This document shows, piece after piece, positions 9,591-19,751 of a stretch of DNA of 64,000 bases; positions within the stretch are counted from its first letter, which is position 1, and the number at the start of each line of letters is the position of its first letter. Location: the NCBI GenBank assembly GCA_965238005.1, contig OZ250165.1, forward strand, positions 2,208,001-2,272,000. The letters are read 5' to 3'. The position numbers and the translations under genes were made by a program. Under the pieces are notes generated by a model. That model saw only the letters and a list, made by a program, of their open reading frames with translations, was not told the origin of the DNA and did not search any database. The stretch comes from Longimicrobiales bacterium. GTDB lineage: Bacteria > Gemmatimonadota > Gemmatimonadetes > Longimicrobiales > Gaopeijiaceae.

Positions 9591-10976
9591 CTAGATCACT
9601 CCCTCGAGAACTCGTGCCGCACGCTCGATCAGCTCCTCCGCGCTACTGCGGTCTGGCGCCTCCGCGATGAGTCGCACCACCGGCTCGGTTCCCGACGGCC
9701 GAACGTGCAGCCATGATCGGCGTCCGGACCAGTTCAGCCGAAGGCCGTCGGATCGGTCGGCCCCGTCGCCGTCCAGATCCTCCTCCAGGGCACCATATGC
9801 GTCGGCAAGAGACTCCCGGGGGAAGCTGACCTTCCTCTTGATGATGGCGTACGAGGGCCACCGGCCGGCAGCCTCCGAGAGTGAGGAGCCTTCGTCTACC
9901 AGATGTTGCAAGATAAGTGCCGCGGCCACGGCCGCATCCCGGGTGTGGTGAAGCTCGGGGAGAATGACGCCCCCATTGCCTTCCCCCCCTACGACGGCTC
10001 CCTCGGCCTGTATGCGGCGAACCACGTTGATCTCGCCCACGGGAGCCCGAACGACGGTGCTCTGGTGGGCGCCCGCGACGTCGTCCACGGCCTGGCTGGT
10101 GGAGAGGTTCGTGACGACGGTTCCGGGTGTTCGGCGCAGGACGGCGGCTGCGGCAAGGGCCAGGGTCAGATCTTCACCCAGCGCCTCTCCCCTCTCGTTC
10201 ACGAGTGAGAGCCGGTCTACATCCGGATCCACGGCCATGCCGAGATCCGCGCTCTCACTGCGAACGAGGTCGCCCAACTCCTCGAGGTTTTCCGCCGTGG
10301 GCTCCGGATCTCTCGGAAAATGGCCATCCATCTCGGCGTTGATCGCCACGACCCGACAGCCGAGAGCCTCGAGCAGAGGGGGCATGAGCGTCGCTCCCGC
10401 GCCGCGGACGCCGTCGAGCGCCACCGTGAGGTTCCGGCTGCGGATGGCGTCCACGTCGAGCTGTGGCAGCGCCAAGACGGCTCGGAGATGACGCTCGGAA
10501 GCGCCGCCGTCTTCTCGCAGCGCACCGAGCTCGTCCCATTTCGCCCTGGGAATCTCCTCCCCCAGAGCGAAGTCGAGGAACGCCCCCATGGTCTCCGCGT
10601 CGAGGAAGGTGCCCTCTGGGGCGGCGAACTTCAGCGCGTTCCACTCGGCGGGGTTGTGGCTGGCCGTGACCTCGATGCCTCCGGCGGCGTCCCCCTTCCC
10701 GACCTCCAGCATGAGCGTCGGCGTTGCCACGATTCCGAGGTCCACCACGTCACAGCCCACTGAGACCAGGCCCGAAGCCGCCGCACTGGCCAGCATGCCT
10801 CCGGACGTCCGAGTGTCACGCCCGATGAGGACCGCGCCCTCGTCACCCGACCTGTCGAGGAATGCTCCAAACGCGGCGGCGAGGGCGCAGGCGAGGTCCG
10901 GCGTCAACGGATCGCCGACCCGCCCGCGAAACCCGGAGACGCTCACCACCAGCCCATCTGGAATCGTCAGGGGCAT
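9591..10976 (-). CDS. glmM: Phosphoglucosamine mutase / phosphohexomutase
   Basis: TASHNP phosphoserine loop, DPDVDR metal loop, GEGNGG, RPSGTEP; directly upstream of glmS. Confidence 0.85.
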   Translation of the reverse strand: MPLTIPDGLVVSVSGFRGRVGDPLTPDLACALAAAFGAFLDRSGDEGAVLIGRDTRTSGGMLASAAASGLVSVGCDVVDLGIVATPTLMLEVGKGDAAGGIEVTASHNPAEWNALKFAAPEGTFLDAETMGAFLDFALGEEIPRAKWDELGALREDGGASERHLRAVLALPQLDVDAIRSRNLTVALDGVRGAGATLMPPLLEALGCRVVAINAEMDGHFPRDPEPTAENLEELGDLVRSESADLGMAVDPDVDRLSLVNERGEALGEDLTLALAAAAVLRRTPGTVVTNLSTSQAVDDVAGAHQSTVVRAPVGEINVVRRIQAEGAVVGGEGNGGVILPELHHTRDAAVAAALILQHLVDEGSSLSEAAGRWPSYAIIKRKVSFPRESLADAYGALEEDLDGDGADRSDGLRLNWSGRRSWLHVRPSGTEPVVRLIAEAPDRSSAEELIERAARVLEGVI

Positions 10977-11261
10977 GAGCCACCTAGCGTAGATGCCGAA
11001 GACGTAGAGCCTGGCCTAGCGACGGCGAATCACCCTCTCCAGACCTTTCGGTGGGAAGGACCGCCCGGCGACCAGGCAAATCGTACCGCACTTAGACTAT
11101 CGAGATTTCCATGAGGACCGTCAACGATGGGTGGTGGCACAGCCGACATGGGGTCGGGTACATTCCGGCCATTCTCGGGTGCCCCTCGCGCCGGCTCCAG
11201 TTCGGCCTCGCATGGGACGCCCGACATCGGCTCATCTGAGAGCACCGATCACGAGGAGTGA

Positions 11262-12422
11262 ATGACGAGGACGTCGTGGGACGGAGCCCGCTTCGGGACG
11301 CTCGCCGTCCATGCCGGACAGGAGCCCGAGCCCGAAACCGGAGCCATCATGCCTCCGATCTTTCAGACTTCGACGTACGTCCAGCCCGATGTCGCCGAGC
11401 CCAAGAAGGGGTACGACTACGCCCGGGTCAAGAACCCCACCCGGGAGGCCCTCGAAGGAAACGTGGCCGCTCTGGAGGGGGGGAAGCACGGCGTAGCGTT
11501 CGCCAGTGGACTCGCCGCCATCGAGGCCGTGGTCAAGCGCCTGTCGGCCGGGGATCACATCGTCAGCGAGGAGAACACCTACGGGGGAGTGACGCGCATG
11601 TTCACCCGCGTCCTCGAGAAGCTGGGTCTGGAGTTCTCCTTCGTGGACACCCGTGACCCCAACCGCATACAGGAGGCCATGGGGCCGAACACCCGGCTCG
11701 TGCACGTGGAGACGCCCACCAACCCGCTCATGCGCATCTGCGACATCCAGGTCGCAGCCGACATCGCCCATGACGGCGGTGCGCTCCTCATGGTGGACAA
11801 CACCTTCGCATCGCCTTTCAACCAGCGTCCCCTCGAGCTGGGTGCCGACGTCACGGTTCACTCGTCCACGAAGTACCTGAACGGCCACTCGGACATCATC
11901 GGTGGGATCCTGGTGGTGAACGACGACGAGCTCGCGGAGGAGATCCACTTTGTAAGGAAATCGTCGGGCGCCGTCCCCGGGCCCATGGATGCCTGGCTGT
12001 GCCTCAGGGGCACGAAGACGCTCCACGTCCGCATGGCACGGCACAACGAGAACGGGTTGGCGGTGGCGCGCCACCTCGAGGAACACCCCGCGGTGAGCCG
12101 TGTCATCTACCCGGGTCTGGACTCCCATCCACAAAACGAGCTCGCCCGCCGGCAGATGTCGGGCTTCACGGGGATGGTAGCCCTGGACCTGGGCGATCCC
12201 GATCAAGCCCGGGCACTGGCCACTCGAACTCGAGTGTTCCAGCTCGCCGAGAGCCTCGGGGGCGTGGAGTCCCTCGTGAGCATTCCGGCGCTGCAGACTC
12301 ACGCCTCGGTGCCGAGGGATCTCCGGGAAGCCATGGGAGTGACGGAAGGGCTGGTACGGCTCTCGGTGGGCATCGAAGATCTGGAGGATCTGCTGGAAGA
12401 TCTTGATCAGGCGCTGGCCTGA
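11262..12422 (+). CDS. Cystathionine gamma-lyase/synthase (Cys/Met PLP enzyme)
   Basis: PPIFQTSTY, NPTR, ETPTNP, DNTFASP, HSSTKYLNGHSD, AESLGGVESL. Confidence 0.93.
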   Translation: MTRTSWDGARFGTLAVHAGQEPEPETGAIMPPIFQTSTYVQPDVAEPKKGYDYARVKNPTREALEGNVAALEGGKHGVAFASGLAAIEAVVKRLSAGDHIVSEENTYGGVTRMFTRVLEKLGLEFSFVDTRDPNRIQEAMGPNTRLVHVETPTNPLMRICDIQVAADIAHDGGALLMVDNTFASPFNQRPLELGADVTVHSSTKYLNGHSDIIGGILVVNDDELAEEIHFVRKSSGAVPGPMDAWLCLRGTKTLHVRMARHNENGLAVARHLEEHPAVSRVIYPGLDSHPQNELARRQMSGFTGMVALDLGDPDQARALATRTRVFQLAESLGGVESLVSIPALQTHASVPRDLREAMGVTEGLVRLSVGIEDLEDLLEDLDQALA

Positions 12423-12446
12423 AACTTCTCCCGGGGAAGCCGCGTA
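12420..12446 (+). promoter_or_regulatory. Candidate ECF (SigW-like) promoter for the M48 peptidase
   Basis: TGAAAC-N17-CGTA, same motif and spacing as at 19660 and 20354. Confidence 0.65.
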
Positions 12447-12507
12447 CAGCCGACAAGAGTGCGGCAGCCCCGGCCGTAGCCGCCAGGACACAAGGAGATA
12501 GACAGCC

Positions 12508-13527
12508 ATGGCTGATGAGAACGACCAAGACAACGGGAACGGCGAGAACGGCAGCGACGAGCAGGACGCACGTGCGCGGCGCATCCTGACCGACATCGCG
12601 CCCCGAGCCTGGGAGCACCCGGCGGACCGGGCGGCCTTGGCGGCCCTCCGGAAGATCCCCGTCTTCGACGACATACTCCGGAAGCTGTTCGGGTTCTTCG
12701 GGGAGAAGCCCATTCGCCTGGCGTTCCTGGCGAACTCGGTACGGATCTCCGACCGGCAGTTCCCGAGGGTCAAGCTCCTGTACGAGGACGTTCTCCAGAC
12801 CCTGGACGCCCCCGATGACTATCCCCTCTTCGTCTCCCAAACGCCCATCGTGAACGCCGGCGCGTACGGGATGGACGAGCCTTTCATCATCCTGAACTCC
12901 GGGACCGTCAAGCTCCTGGACGACGAGCAGCTGTCGTACGTCATGGGCCACGAGCTGGGCCACATCATGAGCGACCACGTCCTCTACCGGACGATGACGG
13001 TGCTCCTGATCCAGCTCGCCGGGATGGGCTTCCCCATCGTCGGTCTGGCCGCACGGGCCATCCTAGTGGCGCTCCTGGAGTGGTCGCGGAAGAGCGAGCT
13101 CTCCAGTGACCGGGCCGGTCTCCTGTCCGTACAGAACCCCCAGGGAGTGATGAACACCATGCTCAAGATGGCGGGCGGCGGTGATGATGACGAGATGAAT
13201 CTCGACGAGTTCATCATCCAGGCCGAGGAGTACCGGGAGTCGGGCGACGTGGCCGACCAGGTGTTCAAGGTGCTGAACCTGATGGGCCAGAGCCATCCCT
13301 TCTACGTGCTGCGCGTCGCCGAGATTCGCTCGTGGATCGAAGAGGGCGAGTACGACCGCATCCTCCGGGGCGAGTACCAGCATCGCGGTGAGCCGGACCC
13401 GGCCTACAACGAGGATCTCCGGGATGCCGCCCAGGCGTATGCGCAGGGCGCCAAGGATCTCTTCGGTCAGGTGGCGGGGGCCGCCAAACGCATGGCCGAC
13501 GACATCATGGGAGCGGCCAAGCGGTAA
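12508..13527 (+). CDS. M48-family zinc metallopeptidase
   Basis: NAGAYG, HELGH zinc motif, WSRKSELSSDRAG, SHP. Confidence 0.9.
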   Translation: MADENDQDNGNGENGSDEQDARARRILTDIAPRAWEHPADRAALAALRKIPVFDDILRKLFGFFGEKPIRLAFLANSVRISDRQFPRVKLLYEDVLQTLDAPDDYPLFVSQTPIVNAGAYGMDEPFIILNSGTVKLLDDEQLSYVMGHELGHIMSDHVLYRTMTVLLIQLAGMGFPIVGLAARAILVALLEWSRKSELSSDRAGLLSVQNPQGVMNTMLKMAGGGDDDEMNLDEFIIQAEEYRESGDVADQVFKVLNLMGQSHPFYVLRVAEIRSWIEEGEYDRILRGEYQHRGEPDPAYNEDLRDAAQAYAQGAKDLFGQVAGAAKRMADDIMGAAKR

Positions 13528-13624
13528 CGGATCACCACAGGCGAAGATCCCCCCGGGGACCTTCCGGAACGGGCGATCGGAGCACAGGTTGCCCGTTCTC
13601 CATTTCGCAGTAGACTAGCCTCCC

Positions 13625-14917
13625 ATGCGCATCCTAATCGTTGGCAACGGGGGTCGGGAGCACACCCTGGCCTGGAAGCTCCACCGGGACGCACCCGGCG
13701 CGACCCTCTTCGTCACACAGCCCAACGGGGGCATGGCCGGCTCGGTCGAGACCCTGGAGATCACTGCCGGAGAAGTGGAGGCCCTGGCGGGCTGGGCGCA
13801 GGCTCAGCGGATCGACCTGACCGTCATCGGACCGGAGGCACCGTTGGCCGCCGGTCTCGCGGATCGCCTCCATCGCAATGGCGTGCCGGTGTTCGGGCCG
13901 ACCAAGGCCGCAGCCCGCATCGAGTCGAGCAAGGCATACGCCAAGGAGCTCATGGAGCGGGCCGGCGTCCCCACGGCGGGCTTCGCTGCGTTCAGTGACC
14001 CGGGAGAGGCCGCGGACTACGTGAGGGAAGGAGGCGCCCCCGTGGTCGTGAAGGCCTCCGGCTTGGCCGCGGGAAAGGGTGCCGTCGTCTGCGAGACCGT
14101 CGACGACGCCCTCGAGACCCTCGAGCGCATGATGACGGACCGGGTCTTCGGCGAGGCGGGCCGGGAGGTGGTCGTCGAGGAGTTCATGTACGGGGAGGAG
14201 CTCTCGGTTTTCGCCCTGGCCGACGGTCGGGACGCCCTGCTGATGCTTCCGTCCCAAGACCACAAGCGGGTCGGCGAGGGGGACACGGGACCCAACACGG
14301 GGGGCATGGGTGCGTACGCCCCGGTGTCCCTGTCGACCCCCGAGCTCCTGTCCGACGTCCTGGACCGCATCATCCGGCCGACCCTGGCAGCCCTGGCGGA
14401 AGACGACTCCGAGTTCCGGGGACTGCTCTACGCCGGCCTCATGCTCACCGAAGGGGGCCCCCGCGTCGTGGAGTTCAACTGCCGCTTCGGAGACCCCGAG
14501 GCCCAGGTGGTGCTGCCGCTCCTCGAGTCTTCGCTCCTGGATCCCATGTTGGAGGTGGCCCGGGGAGGACGGCTGGGTGGTGCCGCCTTGGAGTGGAGCG
14601 GTGGGGCGGCCCTCACCACGGTCGTGGCCTCAGAGGGATATCCCGGCGACTACGGGAAGGGCCGATCCATCGAGATACCGGACCGACTGAATTCGGATCC
14701 CGACGTCCTTCTCTTCCACGCGGGCACCAGGCTGGGCTCGGACGGCCTCGAGACCTCCGGGGGACGGGTGATCGCCGCCACCGGCCTAGGCTCGACCCTC
14801 AGCCAGGCCGCCGCCAAGAGCCGGAAAGCGGCCGCGGCCATCGAGTTCGAGGGGAAGCAGTTCCGCACGGACATCGGGTGGAGGGAGTTCGCCCGATCCG
14901 AGCGAGAACGACCCTAG
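13625..14917 (+). CDS. purD: Phosphoribosylamine--glycine ligase
   Basis: GNGGREH, GPEAPL, GLAAGKG, QDHKR, GPNTGGMGAY, EFNCRFGDPE. Confidence 0.98.
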   Translation: MRILIVGNGGREHTLAWKLHRDAPGATLFVTQPNGGMAGSVETLEITAGEVEALAGWAQAQRIDLTVIGPEAPLAAGLADRLHRNGVPVFGPTKAAARIESSKAYAKELMERAGVPTAGFAAFSDPGEAADYVREGGAPVVVKASGLAAGKGAVVCETVDDALETLERMMTDRVFGEAGREVVVEEFMYGEELSVFALADGRDALLMLPSQDHKRVGEGDTGPNTGGMGAYAPVSLSTPELLSDVLDRIIRPTLAALAEDDSEFRGLLYAGLMLTEGGPRVVEFNCRFGDPEAQVVLPLLESSLLDPMLEVARGGRLGGAALEWSGGAALTTVVASEGYPGDYGKGRSIEIPDRLNSDPDVLLFHAGTRLGSDGLETSGGRVIAATGLGSTLSQAAAKSRKAAAAIEFEGKQFRTDIGWREFARSERERP

Positions 14918-14936
14918 GCTCCCGGACGTCCATCTC

Positions 14937-15770
14937 ATGCCGGAGCTCCCAGAGGTCGAGACCATCGTCCGCGGACTGCGGCCGAACCTTGTGGACCGTT
15001 CGGTCCGTCGCGTCCGCGTCCTGCGACCCGATGTCCTGCGCCAGCCTCCACGGAGCTTTTCTGCCGGACTGAGAGGAAGGATCGTGAAGTCCGTCTCGCG
15101 CCGCGGGAAGAACATCTTGGTCGGGTTCACGGGAGACGCCGTTCTCGTCGTGAACCTGGGCATGACAGGCCGCCTTCTCCTGGCCGGTCCCACCGCCCAG
15201 GCGACCCATCCGGCGGTTCGCTTCACACTGGACGAGGGACCGGCCCTCGTCTTCGACGACGTGCGCCGCTTCGGAGTCTTGGAGGTGCTTACGGCCGTCG
15301 ACTGGGGCCGCCGATCTGGAGACCTTGGGCCCGAGCCCCTTTCGGCCACCTATACTGCAGCTCGGCTCTACGCCGACCTCTGCCGATCGTCTTCACCAGT
15401 CCGATCGTGGCTGTTGGACCAGCGTCGAGTAGCGGGGGTAGGGAATATCTACGCCAACGAGGCTCTACACCTGGCCGGTATTCATCCACGGCGTCCCGCC
15501 AGGTCCGTGAGCGAGACCGAGGCCCGAGCCCTCCATCGCGCCATACGGAGGGTCCTACGCCAAGCGATTCGGAATCGCGGTACCACGCTTCGAGACTATA
15601 CGGACGCCTCGGGCGCGCCCGGCGAAAATGCCGTGGCGCTGCGGGTCTACGCCCGGTCCGGTGAGCCGTGCCTTCGCTGCTCTTCAGGGATTTGTCGATT
15701 GGTCTTCGGGAATCGCTCAGCCTTTTTCTGCCCGAGCTGTCAGCCGGAGACGGCGGGGCGCCGCGCGTGA
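14937..15770 (+). CDS. mutM: Formamidopyrimidine-DNA glycosylase
   Basis: MPELPEVE, RRGK, LGMTG, GVGNIYANE, C-terminal zinc finger. Confidence 0.97.
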   Translation: MPELPEVETIVRGLRPNLVDRSVRRVRVLRPDVLRQPPRSFSAGLRGRIVKSVSRRGKNILVGFTGDAVLVVNLGMTGRLLLAGPTAQATHPAVRFTLDEGPALVFDDVRRFGVLEVLTAVDWGRRSGDLGPEPLSATYTAARLYADLCRSSSPVRSWLLDQRRVAGVGNIYANEALHLAGIHPRRPARSVSETEARALHRAIRRVLRQAIRNRGTTLRDYTDASGAPGENAVALRVYARSGEPCLRCSSGICRLVFGNRSAFFCPSCQPETAGRRA

Positions 15771-17353
15771 GACGGTCCTGGTGGCGTAGCCCACCGTCGA
15801 GCCGGAGCTCGGCCCTGGGCGGCGCTCTCCACGGCCAGCCCGTGTCCCTCTGGTGGGTCCCGGCGCTCGTCTCCATGCTGGCGGGAGGCGTCACCTGGGG
15901 CGCGGACGAGACCCACGCTCAGATGGCGACCGGCGTCAACCTCCCCGTCGTCGAGCACGAGCTCGCCAACGGCATGCGCTTCCTGGTGCTGCCCCGCCGG
16001 GGGGCTCCCACGACCTCCTTCGTCGTGCAGTACCGCGTAGGAGGCGTGAACGAGGTCCCCGGCACGACCGGCATCGTCCATCTCCTGGAGCATCTCCTGT
16101 TCAAGGGCACCAGCACGCTGGGTACCCACGACGTGGAGGCGGAGCACGCCCTTTTCACCCGCATGGACGCCATTCAGGACTCCATTCACGCGATGGAGGC
16201 CGAAGGCGCCGCTCCTGCTGCGATCACACCCCTGCGCCAGCGGATCGACAGGCTCGAGTACGAGGCCGGGGTCTACGTGCTGCCGAACGAGTTCGACCGG
16301 GTTCTCTCGAGGAACGGCGCCCGAGGACTCAACGCCAGCACCGACGCCGAGTCCACGACCTACTTCGTGGAGCTGCCGTCGAACCGGGTGGAGCTCTGGT
16401 TCTTGCTGGAGTCGGACCGCATGAGGGATCCGATCTTCCGCGAGTTCTACACGGAGCGCGACGTGGTGGCCGAAGAGCGGCGGCTCCGGGTCGAGACCCA
16501 GCCCGGCGGCCTCCTTTACGAGATTCACATGGCCGAGTCCTTCACGGTGCATCCCTACGGTCAGCCAGTGGTGGGCTTCATGTCGGACATCCAGCGACTC
16601 GATCGCAGACGCGTGCGGGAGTATTACGAGCGTTACTATGGGCCGAACAACGCGGTCGTGGCCATCGTGGGGGACGTGGACCCGCTCCAGATGGTCGAGT
16701 GGGCCGAGCTGTATTTCGGAGACCTCCAGGCGGGGGATCCACCCCCTCCGGTCCTCGTCCGCGAGCCGGAACAAGAGGGCGAGCGGAGAGTGGAAGTCGT
16801 CTTCGACGCGGAGCCACAGGTGCGAATCGGGTGGCACGTGCCGGAGGAGCAACACCCTGGCGTGGCCGCCCTGTCGGTGCTGTCGACGTTGCTGACGGGC
16901 GGGCGGACCTCTCGCCTGTACCAGCGACTCGTCGTCCGCGACCGCCTGGCGACTCTAGTCACCTCGGTCATGGGCCCTGGGGCTCGCTTTCCCCGGCTGT
17001 TCACGGTTCACGCCACCACCCGCTTTCCACACACGACGAGTGAGATCGAAGAGGCCGTTTACGCGGAGCTCGATTCCCTGCGACATACGCCCCCCTCGGA
17101 ATCGGAGCTCCAGCGCATCCGAAACCAGATCGAGGTGGGGCAGGTCCGACGCCTCGTGTCTCACCTCGGTCTGGCGTTCCAGCTGGCCGGATCCACATCC
17201 TCCCATGGGGATTGGCGGACCACGTTCCGCTTCAGGCAGCGCCTCGCAGAGGTACGGCCCGAGGATGTCAGCCGGGCAGTGGAGACCTACTTCACCCCCG
17301 AGAATCGAACCGTGGTATCCCTGGTTCGGGCCGACTCGGTGTCGGGACGATGA
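15767..17353 (+). CDS. M16-family peptidase, catalytic subunit
   Basis: HLLEH (HxxEH) followed by FKGT, LNAST, EERR, HPYGQP; signal-like N-terminus; start approximate. Confidence 0.9.
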   Translation: MRRSWWRSPPSSRSSALGGALHGQPVSLWWVPALVSMLAGGVTWGADETHAQMATGVNLPVVEHELANGMRFLVLPRRGAPTTSFVVQYRVGGVNEVPGTTGIVHLLEHLLFKGTSTLGTHDVEAEHALFTRMDAIQDSIHAMEAEGAAPAAITPLRQRIDRLEYEAGVYVLPNEFDRVLSRNGARGLNASTDAESTTYFVELPSNRVELWFLLESDRMRDPIFREFYTERDVVAEERRLRVETQPGGLLYEIHMAESFTVHPYGQPVVGFMSDIQRLDRRRVREYYERYYGPNNAVVAIVGDVDPLQMVEWAELYFGDLQAGDPPPPVLVREPEQEGERRVEVVFDAEPQVRIGWHVPEEQHPGVAALSVLSTLLTGGRTSRLYQRLVVRDRLATLVTSVMGPGARFPRLFTVHATTRFPHTTSEIEEAVYAELDSLRHTPPSESELQRIRNQIEVGQVRRLVSHLGLAFQLAGSTSSHGDWRTTFRFRQRLAEVRPEDVSRAVETYFTPENRTVVSLVRADSVSGR

Positions 17354-18936
17354 CATCGTGCGGATCCCGGATCCTCTACGGCGTCGCAGCCACATGGGCG
17401 GCCCTCATGGTGGTCACGCATCCCCATGAGCTACCGGCCCAGGAGCCCAAGCGGCCGAACATCGAGGAGCTGGAGTTCGCCGAGCTGGAGTTCGTGCCGC
17501 CGGAGGCTCTGCAGTACACGCTGGAGTCCGGAGTCGACGTCTTCTTCCTGGAGGACCACGCCCTACCCCTCGTGTCCGTCTACGCCCGCTTCAAGGGCGG
17601 TTCGGGGCACTTCGCTCGGGACGAGCTCGGGGCCGCCACTGCGGTGCCCATCCTTCTCAGGTCGGGAGGCACCACCGACCTGTCGCCGGACTCCGTGGAC
17701 AAGCTTCTGGAGTTCTACGCCGCGGAGACGGCCTTTGGGGGCGGCGGCGGAACGTCGTTCGGCAGCGTCAACATGCTCACGCGGCATCTCGACGACGTGC
17801 TCGCCATCTGGGGAGAGCTCCTGAAGAACCCGGCCTTCGACCCCGCACCTGTGGAGGTATGGCGCGGCCAGCAGCTCGAAGACGTCAGGCGCAAACAGGA
17901 CACGCCCGGCCGCCTGGCCATCTCGAAGTTCAATCGCCTGCTCTTCGGAGACCACCCCGTGGGGTGGGAGTTGGGAGCGGAGGACCTGGAGCCGGAAGAC
18001 CTCACGACGGAGGCGCTGAAATCCGTCCACCGGAGGATCTACTGCCTCGACAACCTCACGCTGGGAGTCACCGGAGACGTTACGTGGGAGGAGATGCGGC
18101 CGAAGCTGGAGGCGAGGCTCGCCGGCTGGTCGTCCTGCAGCGCTCCGCTGAGCGAGCCCTCTCCATCGAACACGGTTGTCGAGCCCGGCGTCTACCTCGT
18201 ACCCAGGGAGCTCGAGCAGAGTACGGTCGTAATCGGACGGCCCAGCGGCGTCCGGCTCGCCGACGACCCGGAGTACTTCTCGTCGAGAATCGGAAACTCC
18301 ATCCTGGGCGCGTCGGGTCTCACGAGCCGTCTCGTGACGCGGGTCCGCACCAAGGAAGGTCTCGCATACTCGACCGCCTCGGTCTGGACCGCCCCGATGA
18401 GCTCGGTGGGGATCGTCGGCGCCATCACGCAGACGAAGAGCGAATCGACCGTGGCAGCTATCCACCTGATCCTCGACGTCCTCCGGGAGATGTCCACGGA
18501 TCCGCCGGACGACACCGAGGTAAAGGACGCCATCGACCGCATCGTGAACGGGTTCGTCTTTAACTTCCAGAGCTCGGGGCAGATCGTCTCCCGGCAGATG
18601 CTGTATGTCACTCAAGGCCTCCCCTTGGATTGGCTCGCGCGGTACTTGGACGGGATCCAGGGTGTGACGGCCGAGGGAGTCGAGACCGTGTTCCGGAAGC
18701 ACCTCCCACCCCACGAAATGGATGAGATGGTGATCCTGGTGGTCGGCGATCCCGACGGGTTCGACGCCGGGCTGGACGAGCTCGGGACCATCCGGATCGG
18801 CGATCTCGAGGAGGGCGTCTCGGGTGACGGCGACGCCTCGAGAGAGGGATCAGAGACGGACGCCGACGTGGATGGCGGCGATCCCGCCGGTCAGGAACCT
18901 CCACTCCACATCCCCGAACCCGGACTCGCGGAGTAG
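17350..18936 (+). CDS. M16-family peptidase, non-catalytic subunit
   Basis: LEDHALPLV, no HxxEH, R/Y motif VRTKEGLAYS; ATGA overlap with partner gene. Confidence 0.87.
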   Translation: MTSCGSRILYGVAATWAALMVVTHPHELPAQEPKRPNIEELEFAELEFVPPEALQYTLESGVDVFFLEDHALPLVSVYARFKGGSGHFARDELGAATAVPILLRSGGTTDLSPDSVDKLLEFYAAETAFGGGGGTSFGSVNMLTRHLDDVLAIWGELLKNPAFDPAPVEVWRGQQLEDVRRKQDTPGRLAISKFNRLLFGDHPVGWELGAEDLEPEDLTTEALKSVHRRIYCLDNLTLGVTGDVTWEEMRPKLEARLAGWSSCSAPLSEPSPSNTVVEPGVYLVPRELEQSTVVIGRPSGVRLADDPEYFSSRIGNSILGASGLTSRLVTRVRTKEGLAYSTASVWTAPMSSVGIVGAITQTKSESTVAAIHLILDVLREMSTDPPDDTEVKDAIDRIVNGFVFNFQSSGQIVSRQMLYVTQGLPLDWLARYLDGIQGVTAEGVETVFRKHLPPHEMDEMVILVVGDPDGFDAGLDELGTIRIGDLEEGVSGDGDASREGSETDADVDGGDPAGQEPPLHIPEPGLAE

Positions 18937-19578
18937 GGCGGCGAGCTCATCGGGCCCAGGAAACTCCTTCACGGACTCGGGGAGATACGTGTAGGCCCAT
19001 GGGTGACCCGAGACCACACGCCCCACCACCGGTAGAATCCTGCAAAAGTAGAAGTGGTACAGGCCACGCAGGAGCGGGTTCGGTGGGTCGGTGAACTCCA
19101 AGATCACGAGGCGGGCGCCCGGGCGCAGGACCCGGGCCAGATCACCGAAGCCGACCCGCAGGTCCGAGAGGTTTCGGACACCGAAGCCGACGGTCCCACC
19201 GTCGAAGGAGGCATCCGGGAAGGGTAGTCGGAGCGAGTCGCCGCACACAGGCTGCACCGAGTAACCGAGCTTGCCACGACCCTCTACAAGCATGGGGAAC
19301 GCGAAGTCGGTCGCGACGACGGCACCACGGAAGCCCGGCTGACGGGCCAGCTCGAGGCTCAGATCGAAAGTCCCGGCGCAGGCATCCAGGAACCGTCCGT
19401 CCGAGTGACCCTCCCAACCGAGGAGCTCTACGGCCTGCCGCCTCCAACGTCGATCGATGTTGAGGCTGAGGACATGGTTCAGGAGATCGTAGCGCGGTGC
19501 GATCTCGGAGAAGAGAGTCCGGACCTGGTTTGCTCTGCCCGCGCCGCGAGACGGCCTGGCTTCGGGGATTGTCGCCAT
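18850..19578 (-). CDS. ubiE: Menaquinone/ubiquinone C-methyltransferase (MenG/UbiE)
   Basis: FSEIAPRYDLLNHVLS, LDACAGT, GFGVRN, YTYLPESV. Confidence 0.92.
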   Translation of the reverse strand: MATIPEARPSRGAGRANQVRTLFSEIAPRYDLLNHVLSLNIDRRWRRQAVELLGWEGHSDGRFLDACAGTFDLSLELARQPGFRGAVVATDFAFPMLVEGRGKLGYSVQPVCGDSLRLPFPDASFDGGTVGFGVRNLSDLRVGFGDLARVLRPGARLVILEFTDPPNPLLRGLYHFYFCRILPVVGRVVSGHPWAYTYLPESVKEFPGPDELAALLRESGFGDVEWRFLTGGIAAIHVGVRL

Positions 19579-19659
19579 CTAATCGGCGTTTTTATTAGTT
19601 TTTTTTGACCCAACGGACAGAATAGGCGGGTCGGTACGAGTTGGTCAGCCGCGTACCCG

Positions 19660-19686
19660 GGAAACATCCGAAGTTTCCCAACCGTA
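19660..19686 (+). promoter_or_regulatory. Candidate autoregulatory ECF promoter; -35 lies in inverted repeat GGGAAAC-N7-GTTTCCC
   Basis: GGAAAC-N17-CGTA upstream of the sigma gene. Confidence 0.7.
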
Positions 19687-19751
19687 ACACGGCTGCGAAC
19701 TCACGGGGCGCCGTCGTCTCACCGGACCCACGCTTTTCGGAGCCTCATTAC

